A DNA stretch of 25,521 nt from a virus (taxonomy: Duplodnaviria > Caudoviricetes): positions 1 through 25,521 of the IMG/VR virus record IMGVR_UViG_3300048855_000109; one strand, given 5' to 3'. Under the pieces are notes generated by a model that searched no databases, had not been told where the DNA came from, and saw only the letters and a list, made by a program, of their open reading frames with translations. A program made the translations under genes and the position numbers. The first letter of the stretch is position 1. Every line of letters starts with the position of its first letter. Positions 25,314 to 25,521 of this stretch are shown one piece after another.

Positions 25314-25521
25314 ATGGACGCTGAGGCAATCGGCGAGACCGGGTCGTTGCGGACGCCGGCCGGCAAGCTCACGGTGCCGCGCCCGCCGCGGGGCTCGGTG
25401 GAGCGCGCCCGCTGCACCCGGGCGCTCGCGGACGCGGTGGGGGCGCACCGCCTGACGGTGGTGAGCGCGCCGGCGGGGTTCGGCAAGACGACGGCGCTGG
25501 CGCACTGGGCGGCGCGCGCGG
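25314..25521 (+). CDS. MalT-like (LAL/LuxR) ATP-dependent regulator, N-terminus only
   Basis: Translated by hand: 'KLTVPRPPRGSVER...LTVVSAPAGFGKTTALAHW'; not in the ORF track because it is truncated. Confidence 0.85.
   Translation, partial: MDAEAIGETGSLRTPAGKLTVPRPPRGSVERARCTRALADAVGAHRLTVVSAPAGFGKTTALAHWAARA

Overview
Very GC-rich actinomycete DNA (Cellulomonas/Micrococcales-like by inference). Positions 1 to ~22322 are the right-hand part of a temperate phage prophage integrated in a tRNA-Val(TAC) gene. On the minus strand lie the head genes (capsid start, scaffold, minor capsid, portal, TerL, TerS), a probable late regulator and a long, translationally coupled early/replication operon (Cro, Xis, WhiB, Lsr2-domain protein, Cas4-like exonuclease, SSB, primase-helicase, Holliday junction resolvase). 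On the plus strand lie the repressor, an ImmA/IrrE protease, DUF3263 and a tyrosine integrase, followed by the att core. After ~22890 are host genes (membrane protein, small ACT-like protein, DUF1254/DUF1214 protein, start of a MalT-like regulator). The most notable signals are: (1) exact PafBC/RecA-NDp DNA-damage promoter motifs (TGTCGG-N10-TANNNT) before the ImmA-DUF3263-int operon and before an antisense gene in the head operon; (2) six single-gene cargo inserts, five antisense and five membrane-encoding, most with their own leaderless promoter, one of sigma28/FliA type; (3) 'bridge' ORFs that start at an upstream stop or orphan RBS and end on the next start codon, keeping the early operon translatable across antisense cargo and across the origin; (4) two related GTGACG-iteron elements 10 kb apart, resembling a P4-type bipartite origin; (5) a second, decayed att core 360 bp downstream. 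All functional calls come from motif recognition by eye; no database search was run.
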